From the NCBI GenBank assembly GCA_051530055.1, contig JBMGUZ010000044.1, forward strand, positions 1-23,023: DNA of 23,023 nt, read 5' to 3'. The DNA is from Neoechinorhynchus agilis (lineage: Eukaryota > Animalia > Acanthocephala). The position numbers and the translations under genes were made by a program. Shown here piece by piece: positions 10,702-20,030 of the stretch; the stretch's first letter is position 1; the number at the start of each line of letters is the position of its first letter. The notes beneath the pieces were generated by a model. It was not told where the DNA came from, made no database searches, and worked only from the letters and a program-made list of their open reading frames with translations.

Positions 10702-11013
10702 TTACTCTTGAATTTGACATTCATCTTTTGGCAATTTAATCTCAATAAGCTTATCCATTTCCTCCTTAGATGTTGATTTGTTCATAGGTGTAATTATATT
10801 TCGATACTTCATTTCTACCCTGAGCTTGGGAGAATCTACACGGATATCGTCTTTTGGATTCATACTATGACGTTCACAAGATAGCTTTTCATTTAATATT
10901 TTATAGCAATTCTCTCGATTGCTTTTGTATCTCCCATTAAGATGCAGTGGTCCGAAATGCACACTCAGAGTATTAATACTATTAATTTTTTGGCACAATA
11001 AACATTTTAGCAT
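10702..11013 (-). CDS. 103-aa ORF with a single C2H2-like zinc finger (C-x2-C-x11-H-x4-H); probably a terminal exon or short gene
   Basis: CLLC..HFGPLH near the N-terminus. Two minus-strand AATAAA (10662-10667, 10650-10655) lie 35-50 nt after the stop. The upstream frame is open for about 50 more codons apart from one TGA. Confidence 0.4.
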   Translation of the reverse strand: MLKCLLCQKINSINTLSVHFGPLHLNGRYKSNRENCYKILNEKLSCERHSMNPKDDIRVDSPKLRVEMKYRNIITPMNKSTSKEEMDKLIEIKLPKDECQIQE

Positions 11014-11165
11014 ATTGGTGAAACTATCATCGTCGTCTTTAGCGCTTCTTTTCTTACTATTTCATTCATTATTTAAGTTGGAATTATAAGATTGAGGCCT
11101 TTGGGCTTGTTGGAATTGTTTTCGATTCCGCAAGTTTAAAATTAGCGTCCATATTTGCATTTCAG

Positions 11166-11349
11166 CTGCGGGGGGGGGCTGAATTCAAATCTTTTTCTTC
11201 GTTCAATAACGACAAAACGGTTTCAATAAAATTAAATTCTTCAAAAGAGAAGAGATATTTGATAACGGTTTCGAGACAATTTTCGTCCTCGTTGCATCCT
11301 TTCAAAAATCTAATGAAATCCTAGCAAGAAATTTTTCTATTAAATCGAG
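11166..11349 (+). other. Exon-like segment bounded by TTTCAG and GTAAGA, with a G10 run and one in-frame TAG
   Basis: Strong splice-site look-alikes at both ends; the best frame reads AEFKSFSSF..KRYLITVSRQF..KS*QEIF. No recognisable domain. Confidence 0.2.
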
Positions 11350-12063
11350 GTAAGAAATTTCGGACAAATTTACATCATGAGATCTCAAATTGAATCCGTA
11401 TTTTTGGAAGTAAAATTTGATGAAATGGGTTAATCGATCAATAGATAGCGAGGTATTAGCACAAACGTTTTTCCCTCCACATATTTCGGAACATCACGTG
11501 TATGGTCTCCTGAATGAAAAGTAGCCAATCAGCATGCTCTAATTACCTGTCTTTGTAAAAAAACATCGAATTTTAATGCTAAAGTAGCTGTAAGGTATTA
11601 ACAACAACTAAGTCGCTTGTTCCGAAACGAATTTTCACGCCTCATTAGTTGTGTGTCATCAATTTTACGGTTCAATTGACAGATAAAAATCGACTTCTTT
11701 AACACGTATCGGTGTTTCAACCGTAGACTATCAATACGTTAGTGATATCCGTTGTTCTGTCTTGATAAGTGTCGAAAGCGATACAGTAAAGAATTTTCGA
11801 ATCAGAATGTTGCAATTCAGTGGGGTTTTAGCGATGTGAAATGTCATAAAATTTGCAGAAATTGCATTAGTTTTAATTTGGAATGATTTGAAAATCACCT
11901 GCCATTCGAAGCGCTGCGTCAGGTTTATAGAAACATTTTGCTGTTAAGTAACTGAACTTTTTGGTAGATCATTAGAAAACCTGATAAAGATTGTAAAGCC
12001 TCCAAAATCTCGACTAACCGTAGTTTCCTAATTTTAGACAGTTCAGAGCTACAGATTTGAAGT

Positions 12064-12909
12064 ATGACGACAAGACAACCATTCGGGATAAGGGCACCAC
12101 CAATCGAGGAAAGCGCACAATTCCTGCGGAACCACATCTCTGGTCAGCCCAATAGTTTCAGTCATCCAGATCCACCAACGTTCAACATTATTCACCAAGG
12201 TCACCAAATATATAATCCCTTCGATGATGATATTTACCTCGATCGAGAAGTCGAAAAATTTTTGGAAAACGCAGATAATACTATAAATAATTGTGCACCT
12301 CCGCCCGGCTTTGATGATTTCACTTTTATTTTCAATGAGTCACCACCAAGCATAGATGACTTCAGTAATAATCATTCATCGATTGGAAATGAAGAATATT
12401 GCTTACCTCCACCAGGTTTTGAAAATTGCTCATTTTCTTATTACGATTACGAGCCCGAAAACGAAGGATACTTCTCAACTCCACCAGGTTTCGAGAACGT
12501 GACTTTTGATTATTACGATTCACGATCAGGAATGGACGAATATTGCTCACCTCTTCTCTATTTTGAGAATCCGGCCTTTAATCACGGGTGGAATGGAAAC
12601 GAAGATTACTACGAATCGTTTCTCGATTTTCAGGAATCAACCGTTATATTTAATGAGTCGTCGTTGGAATTCGAAAAATACAGCGAGTTTTTTACTTTAT
12701 TTAGTGAAGTAGAGCCAAAAGAACCTCAAGGTCGTTATGTAAGCCCAGCGACGTGCAAGATAATAGATTTGCAAGACAGTAGCACGCAAACGGAGCCGAA
12801 TATCGTATCGAAACCTTGGAATGGATTGACAACAATAAAGAATATTATTGATGCCGTCTACCAAGTGGCCGTTGCGGCATTCAACTACTTCAGAAGGATA
12901 TTTTTCTGA
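12064..12909 (+). CDS. Intact single-exon 281-aa acidic, low-complexity orphan protein with PPGF repeats, NPF and TQT motifs
   Basis: ATG-to-TGA ORF of 846 nt in AT-rich flanks, with internal peptide repeats and AATAAA 27 nt after the stop. No TE motifs were recognised. Confidence 0.75.
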   Translation: MTTRQPFGIRAPPIEESAQFLRNHISGQPNSFSHPDPPTFNIIHQGHQIYNPFDDDIYLDREVEKFLENADNTINNCAPPPGFDDFTFIFNESPPSIDDFSNNHSSIGNEEYCLPPPGFENCSFSYYDYEPENEGYFSTPPGFENVTFDYYDSRSGMDEYCSPLLYFENPAFNHGWNGNEDYYESFLDFQESTVIFNESSLEFEKYSEFFTLFSEVEPKEPQGRYVSPATCKIIDLQDSSTQTEPNIVSKPWNGLTTIKNIIDAVYQVAVAAFNYFRRIFF

Positions 12910-12935
12910 CCGTTCAAAGTTTAGTATCGATTATT

Positions 12936-12941
12936 AATAAA
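12936..12941 (+). promoter_or_regulatory. Polyadenylation signal for the 281-aa ORF
   Basis: AATAAA followed by the GT/T-rich tract TGTGTTATT..TTTTGT. Confidence 0.55.
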
Positions 12942-13234
12942 ATGTGTTATTATTATATAGTTTTGTAACTGTTCGTGAAATTAAAAATGTTTCATATTCG
13001 AACAAGGCCTTGGCTCATTAGCACTTGTACAATCATACAAATATTTGGGAGCACTTGATTTTTATATCGTACTATTTCTTTATTTGTGGTAGCCAATCCT
13101 CCAATGTTCTAAATTTGATTTAGTGAGAGCGTTGGTAAGCGTGTACACGAAGTTGCAAATGATAAGAGTAGAAGAGAAATAGGATGAGGTTCCGTAGAAG
13201 CGATTCTTAAAAGAGAGAATTTGCACTGCAAAAA

Positions 13235-13496
13235 GATCATTAAATCACTTTAAGTATTGCCATTAAATTCGGATACGAAGATGCTCGAAGCCTCCATTCA
13301 ACACTTTAGGGCATCGAATTCGAATTTTGATGGTAGCAATAATATTTTCCTGAGCTTTTTATTGCTTATCCAACCTTTCATTCTTCGAACAAGAAGTCTC
13401 CATCGTTTTTTAATAAAATGCTGTCCAAAGATCGTAGAAACAGATTTTCAAGCTTTCGTGTTTTGCTGTGAAATATTCTAATATGTCTAAAAAAGC
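13235..13496. repeat. About 260-bp dispersed direct repeat, copy 1
   Basis: Aligns with 16862-17120 (roughly 85-90% by eye). Confidence 0.9.
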
Positions 13497-14110
13497 GGTC
13501 TTGTAGTTATTTTCCTTGAAAGACGACCATTGGATTGAAATGACCTGAAGAATATTGTTAATGCTTTTTATTGCCTCGAAAAAGCATGGGCGTTGTATAC
13601 TAAGTAGAGTTTGCGGTGGAAACTCTTGACTCGATTTCAATGAAGTTAATTTTTGAATACACGATTTATTTTAACGACTTTTATATTTATCTCACTTTGG
13701 TTTTTAGAAAAGATTCAAATATACTTGTATTGGAAGGTAAAAATTAATTATAATTTTAGTCTTTTAAGCTCTGTTGGATTCATCGCAACTTTCAAGGTAA
13801 GGTGTTTATTGACGAGTTCATAGATAGCGAAGAGCGCAAGAAGTTTTTCTCCGTGAGTTAAGGTAAGGCTCACTTTTCAAAGAACATCAAAAGAGTATCG
13901 ATTTTCGCTAACGAACTCTCACTGCGAAAAACAGCTTTCTAACTTTCACTTCTATCTCGAAACAATTTACAGTAAGTTGCGGCCTCAGGCCAAAGCCCAA
14001 TGACGAGTACAGTGTCCGTTCGGACGCTTCAGAGGGCAACGAAAAAAATTAAAGAAAATTTTTGTATCCATCGATGAAGATTTCTGTTTGTTTCAATTCC
14101 ACAATTCGGG

Positions 14111-14356
14111 ATGAAAATGGACATTGAAGATGTCAATGTGACCGCGAAGCATCGACATCCTGAAGGAAATGAATTCACATTTCCAAAAACCAATTCTAGC
14201 ATTTACGCAAAAGGTTTTATAACTTTAGCTTTTCGCCAGAAAGATTACATTAACGTTTCATTTGACTTTGTTTCTTCAACTGTTAAAAAAATACATTATC
14301 TTAACCGGTCGAACACTTTCGAGTGTACCAATGAACAAAAATTTATGCCAATATGA
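14111..14356 (+). CDS. Possible terminal exon of a glycoprotein (weak LAMP-like lumenal domain resemblance)
   Basis: 81 codons with four N-x-S/T sequons (NVT, NSS, NVS, NRS) and a TFECTNEQ motif; AATAAA about 10 nt after the stop. Confidence 0.25.
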   Translation: MKMDIEDVNVTAKHRHPEGNEFTFPKTNSSIYAKGFITLAFRQKDYINVSFDFVSSTVKKIHYLNRSNTFECTNEQKFMPI

Positions 14357-14782
14357 TCGCATTATTAATAAAACGCGTTATGTTCCCTCTACAAATCGAA
14401 ACCAAATCAATAACAAATCATTAATTTTGTATTTTTTCATGTCGACCAGAAAATAATGTTAAAACAATGAATTAAACTCGTTAAGACGACTAAGTGACGG
14501 AATCAATGGATATGGACGAAGACATGGGTGGATTTTCATTCATGGAGTGAGCCATGAACACCTCGGGAACATACAACGAAAACCTCAACATCGTGCGAAT
14601 TCAAGGGATTCACAGTACCTCGATACCAAGTTAAAAAATGACCATTTTGGATCTCAATAACGACGAACCCCGTTCAACACAGGGAATCCCTTAACAAGGC
14701 TTACGCAGCGCCGTAGCTCAAATCACTCAAAGACGATTACAATCATATTAAGTCAATTTCGCTTAATGGTTTAGTTTTGAAA

Positions 14783-15138
14783 ATATCTCACAGCTCTCTA
14801 CTTTCAGGTTTTCGCGATGGGGTCGTCCAAGCTCGATTGTCGGCAATTTCGACACGAAAATCGGGGCGTGGTTGGAGGCTGTTCCTCTGGCATCCTTGGG
14901 AACTCTTCTCGCTGATGAGGTAACGAGGATCGCAGTTTCCTTAAGACTTGGTCTCCCGGTAAGCACGCACCATCGCTGTCGATGTGGGTCTTTGGTTGAT
15001 GCTTTCGGGCGACACGGTTTCGTTTGCCAAAAGTCAGGAGGAAGGTTCTCACGCCATTCTGAGATCAATAGCGTAATTTCTTGGGCGTTGAGAACGGCGA
15101 ACTTCCCCAACATCTTGGAACCCACCCATCTTTGTCGA
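14783..15138 (+). mobile_element. CRE family A 3' fragment, copy 3
   Basis: Near-identical to 2625-2980 with the same junction. It retains ancestral-looking codons (GGA and TTC where copy 1 has TGA and TAA). Confidence 0.9.
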
Positions 15139-16030
15139 CATCTCTTTCTAGGTTTTCATTTGCAAGACATTTGTAAAATTCTGCTTTTTAAAATTTACTT
15201 AAGGTCATGATGCCTTGCGATTCACTGATTATTGATAATCTCATAAGAGAATTTGTTAATATGGAGGGTCTCTGTGTCCTTAGATGTGAAAAGGTGACCA
15301 AGTTATCATTGGCGGCCTTGGAGATAATATTATTCATTTCAGTTAATTTTATACAGATTAGATTTTATTTGATTGTTTGAAATAAATGATAGTCTTGTCA
15401 TAGAAAACCACTTTAGTCCTTAGATCGAACTGTCCAAATTCAAATAAAATAAGATCGTGTCCCATGGATTTCTGATCTAGAATTTGAGCCCCTCACTCTC
15501 ACTGTTCATCGACCAAGCGGGTTAATGCATCTTGAAGGTACTGAGCAGCGAAACCAACTGAAAAGGAAGTGGCATTCTTTAGGTAAAGCATTACGAAACT
15601 GTTCACAAATACGTCCATCTTCCCAATGTAGACGACTCGAATCTGTTCTTGTGCGCACTGAACACATTTAGTCTAATAGTTGGCATTACTCCTCGTGCAA
15701 AGTGGCATTTTTGGCGTCAATCGTCCTTGGACATTGCTTGCCGGATGCTTTTTGAGTTGTCCGTATTCCTTGTTAGAATACGGAGTAATACCGGAGGGCT
15801 CCTGTGAGCTGATCGAATCTCAAAACCTGTCTCTTTTTGAGCCTCCTGATGCCACTCTTGGATTTTGCTCTAACGAACGGGATCCTGAGGACCGTTAAGG
15901 CATCACTATTCATTTCCCTCTTTCTCGAACTTCCACCAGCTGATTCTGTTGGTCGTTGAAACTTCTCAATTTCCCGATACCCATAACCGTTTTGAGCGAT
16001 CAGTCGGTTTATTCCCTGAGCAAAGATGCA
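15139..16030 (-). mobile_element. Penelope-like element 3' fragment, copy 3 (longest)
   Basis: RLIAQNGYGYREIEKF..VLRIPFV..GFEIRSAHRSPPVLLRILT..CTRSNANY*TKCVQC..YIG. Shares sequence with copy 2 up to 15988; the 5' limit is uncertain. Confidence 0.75.
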
Positions 16031-16861
16031 ATATGGATTTATATTTATCTGCAATTCTGCTTCATATAAGATCCAATGAAGGCAAGCATTCTTCAAATCA
16101 AACGTCAGATTTGGAAATTCTATTTTGTCGAATTAAATTGGTTGCGTAAAACTATTTTCTAATCGATTAAAGTAAAACAAGATTGTAAAACAACGATTTA
16201 TTGATCTCTAAGAGTGTAGTTATTCAAAACAAGTGCTTATGATAAATACCATGGAAAATTGAAAACATTTTAAAAAGTAAATTAATTCATCTGTTGATTT
16301 GAGTTTCTTTTTAAACAGCCGTGATCAAAATCAGTGCCAAATATAAAATAAAATATCTATGTGTAGCCCTTTTCGCGACTGATAATTTTCCTTGGGCGCG
16401 CAGCCCACCGATATAAACCGTAAAAAGGCCCAACATAGAAACTGAATAAAAGTTACCGGCTGACCAAACTTCAAAAAAAAATAATTGCAATATCTTTGAT
16501 AAGGGGACACAAGATTTTCCATCGGTTCTACAAAAATTTAATTTTTGAATTACTTGACCTTCCGGCACGTTTTGTTATGCAGAGGTAACGCCGTTCTCAA
16601 AGCACGACAAAGCTGTAAATTAGAATTACTTTGTTCTACATCTTAATTTATCATTTGATACCTTTTAATCATTTGCAACTATAATTGTGATCGTATAATT
16701 TTTACAGTCTTTTAAAGTTACACAAACAATATTGTAATATTTCAAATATTTTATACCATAGTCAACCTAAAAAACGTCGAATAAAAACTATTTACATTTT
16801 GTAAGAAAAATGTTTCATATAAATTATTTTTTAAAGATGACCGGATCGTTTGGTAATTCTT

Positions 16862-17120
16862 GATCATTAAATCACTTAAAGTATTGCCAATAAATTCGGA
16901 TACGACGATGCTCGAAACCTCCATTCAACACTTTAGGGCATCGAATTCGAATTTTGATGGTAGCAATAATATTTTCCTGAGCTTTCTATTGCTCATCCAT
17001 CATTTCATTCTTCGAATAAGAAGTCTTTATCGTTTTTAATAAAATGCTGTCCAACGATCGTAGAAACAGCCTTTCAAGCTTTGGTGTTCCGTTGTGAAAT
17101 ATTCTAATATGTCTAAAAGC
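16862..17120. repeat. About 260-bp dispersed direct repeat, copy 2; abuts and truncates the Gypsy integrase
   Basis: Aligns with 13235-13496. The stop codon of the 17113..17730 ORF lies inside this repeat. Confidence 0.9.
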
Positions 17121-17830
17121 TTATAGTCGATCGTAAATTCGGACGTATACGATCAAATACGGTCTTCAACCGCCGTCCAAGTAATGTCTCAGCTGGTGCT
17201 TTTTGGCTAGTTTTGTGTGGTGTATTCCGGTAAGTTAAAAGAAATTGGTGAATTGAGAGCATATTTTTGTACCAGTCGTTTTTGATGTGTACTCGTCTCT
17301 TGAAGGTTCTGATGAATCTCTCTACCAAACCGTTGGTTTGAGGATGGTAGGGAGATGAACGGATATGCCTTATCCGATTTGTTGAACAAAGCTGTTTAAA
17401 TTGCGCGGACTGAAAGGGTGGGCCATTGTCAGATATGATTTCGGCTGGGACACCGAATCGTGCAAAAACGGATCTTAATTTGTCGATGGTTTCAAATGCA
17501 GATGTTGAGTGTATTGGAAAAATCTCCGGCCAGTGGCTATACGTGTCTATAAGCACTAGAAACGATTGTCCATTGATTGATCCCGCAAAATCCAAATGGA
17601 TTTGGGTCCACGGTTCCTCTGGCACATCCCATTGGTACATCGGAGTTTCTGCTGCATCTGCTCTCCTGCTCTGCCAGTTCACGCACGCAACTTGTGCTCG
17701 ATGTCCTCTCGTATGGATGGCCACCAACAATAATACCTTTCTAGGTCTTTCATTGTTGTTATCCCGGGGTGTCCAGTATGTAAGACATCAAGTGCTTTAT
17801 TCCTCAATGCCTGGGCGATTATAAGGCGTT
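17121..17830 (-). pseudogene. pol: Gypsy integrase (H2C2 zinc finger and DDE core)
   Basis: LHTGHPGITTMK..WWPSI, PWTQIHLDFAG..LVLIDTYSHWPE, ISDNGPPF, PYHPQTNGLVERFIRTFK, YRNTPH..PAETLLGRRL. Confidence 0.95.
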
Positions 17831-17921
17831 GCAACCATAGGATGACTCCGTCCTCTACTGAAAGCTCTTGTCTGCGAGACGAATATTTATGTAGTTCCGG
17901 AGGGGCCAACCACTCACTAAG

Positions 17922-18838
17922 TTGAAAAACTGCCGGAGCTGAGCTGATTCCAAATGGCAGTCGTTTGTATCGGAAAAATCCTCGATGGGTCGAGATTGTC
18001 AAGTATTTCCTAGAGTCCGCGTTGGCAGGTAGTTGTAGATAAGCATCTTTCAAATCGAGCCTTGAATACTACTCACCTCCCGCTATTTGGTTGACGATCT
18101 CTTCCCATGTAGGAATGGCGTAGTTATCGATTGTTAGATGTGGATTAATTGTTACTCTAAAGTCTCCGCATATCCTGATATCACCACTGGTTTCCTTGCA
18201 ATCACAATCGGCGCAGCCCAATCGATAGAGTCTTTACGTAGATCCACTTTCTCCAGCACATCTCATTCTAACTGCCTTATCAACTCGTTTTCTACTTTGT
18301 TCTTCAATGTCAGTGGAATTCTTCGACTTGCACATCTTCTCGGTGTGGCATTGGGTTCTATTGCTAGTGATATTTCGGTATTATTGACAGGAGTATTCGA
18401 TTCATCGAAAATCGACTTATTCTTCAATAGTAGCTGATCGATTGAGGTAACGACCGAATCGATATCTGATTCTGTTTGCTGGCTATCAAGCCTGTGGCAT
18501 ACGACATCAGGCCAAGGAACTTCGAAAACGTCTATCCAAGGACGCCCAAATAGACTATACTTCCCGTTTCGTACCACCATGACTTCTAACTGCTTTTGTC
18601 TTTCTCCCAAACTCGCATTGATATTGCATTTTCCCAGGGTTACTAACCGTTTGCCACCATACGCCTTGAGGGGTTTGGCAGCATTCAAAGTTGGCTGGCC
18701 TATTCTACGCCAATATGTCATAGTCAACACCGATACACTGGCACCAGTATCATACTCCATCGTTATTTGTATCCCATTTATTTGGACATCTATTCTTGGA
18801 ATCTGATTCTCCACTATCGTTGTGTGGTTTGCATCCAT
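17922..18838 (-). pseudogene. pol: Gypsy protease and N-terminal RT
   Basis: MEYDTGASVS, LFGRPW, WAAPIV, KDAYLQL..STHRGFFRYKRLPFGISSAPAVFQ. No YxDD follows because of the deletion junction at about 17921. Confidence 0.95.
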
Positions 18839-18859
18839 TATCTTATTTAGTTCTTCAAT

Positions 18860-19930
18860 TTGATCTACTGGGTACCTTGATCGGCAACACGATCTGAAAT
18901 GACCCGTCCTTTAGCGTTTGAAACAACTCTTGTTCTTTGCTGGACACTGATATTTCGTGCTCTATTCCACATCTTTTACAGCGTTGTTTAGGTCTTTTCT
19001 CCCTCTGATCACGTGTATTATGCCGTTTTCGAATCATGTCAATTTCAAAAAACTTTCCGTCTTGCATATATTTTGCTGTGTACGAATCATTCGGAAGTTC
19101 TTGACCTACATACTGCTTCCTCCACGACGTATTCTTTATCATTTCAAACGTTTCACAAATCTTCATCACGCCGCTCAAAGAAGGTGCTGCCATTTGCAAA
19201 ATTTTGTTCCTCACCTCATCGTGTGGCGTTCCAATCGCTATCTGGTCTCTGATCTGGTCTTCGATCGCATCTTTTTCCGAATTGATGGATTTATTGAAAA
19301 ATTGACACAATCCAGCTTCTTCTCGTAGGTCTACAATCCATGATGCATAAGATTGACCATTTTTCATTTCGTATTGACTAAATGCGAAACGCGCAGCGAC
19401 GATATGGATTGGGCGTGAGTGATGGGTATCCAGCAATTCTATTAATTCATGGTAATCATAATGGTTGACATCTTTTCCCGTATTTAGACTTGACAGTAGT
19501 TGGTATGCCGAGGGCCCAATCCATGATAGGAACATGTTTCTCATCATTAGTCGATCGGTGACATTTTGAGCAGCAAAGTGGAACCCGATTTGTTGTTTGT
19601 AGCTTCGCCGACTTTCTTTTTCCTCAAGAAAGCGCCGGAATCCCGTTGCTCGCACATTATCCTTCCTGGCAGTCGTGTTCGAATTGGCTAGAGACTCATT
19701 TATTTCACCATATTTTACAATATTCAGTTCTATTCACTTACATGATATAAATTACATTATCATTAAGTAGAGTGGACAAGTTGCTTAAATTGGTTAGGAT
19801 ACTGCTTACTTTAGATTGACTATATTCTTACAGCGTATACTCAAGCTTAAGGCGTAGCTCAAACTTGCTTACGTCCGGAAGCAACTGTTCTAATAATTGT
19901 TGCTGTTATTGGAGAATTGTTCTTAATAAA
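18860..19930 (-). pseudogene. gag: Gypsy gag with two zinc knuckles, interrupted near its N-terminus
   Basis: ILQ*QQQLLEQLL just after the PBS; HIVAARFAF..W..DLREEA..C.F..IRDQI. CKRCGIEH, then frameshifted CPAKNKSCFKR..GHFRSCC. Confidence 0.85.
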
Positions 19931-19935
19931 CCACT

Positions 19936-19945
19936 CTCGTCGCCA
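19936..19945 (-). promoter_or_regulatory. Primer-binding site, tRNA-Ser(GCU)
   Basis: Minus-strand TGGCGACGAG two bases after an LTR-type ACA end. It is complementary to the 3' end ...CUCGUCGCCA of metazoan tRNA-Ser(GCU), recalled from known sequences. Confidence 0.75.
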
Positions 19946-19947
19946 GT

Positions 19948-20030
19948 TGTGGTAGCCATACAACAACAACTTGTTTATTATTCGAAGTCCGTCTTCCAAC
20001 TAGCACACGCTATCTATATGTGTGTGGTCC
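19948..20030 (-). repeat. 3' part (R/U5) of the Gypsy 5' LTR; outer limit unresolved
   Basis: Ends in CCACA next to the PBS and contains minus-strand AATAAA. There is no second LTR in the window to align against. Confidence 0.55.

Larger units (their letters stand above)
17121..20030 (-). mobile_element. Ty3/Gypsy LTR retrotransposon (Mag-like), defective: 3' LTR lost and RT core/RNase H deleted
   Basis: Order on the minus strand: partial LTR, PBS, gag, protease, RT, integrase. Confidence 0.95.

Noticed and set aside
5535-13830. Very short (23-35 nt) GT-AG introns hinting at a compact-genome host
   Set aside because: Candidates are not needed to keep frames open and cannot be distinguished from chance in AT-rich DNA without RNA data.
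14480-14782. RT-like GIP*QG..S motif
   Set aside because: A single interrupted motif with no supporting neighbours.
6120-15680. TAG reassignment or alternative genetic code, suggested by in-frame TAGs at 6120, about 11326 and in the GIY-YIG copies
   Set aside because: All are explicable as point mutations (for example CAG to TAG). TAA and TGA interrupt decayed frames just as often, and the long intact ORFs contain no internal TAG.
486-19328. Many listed ORFs antisense to or overlapping TE frames (for example 486..695, 1911..2234, 7359..7835, 17426..17824, 18957..19328)
   Set aside because: Shadow ORFs of retroelement coding sequence with no independent motifs.
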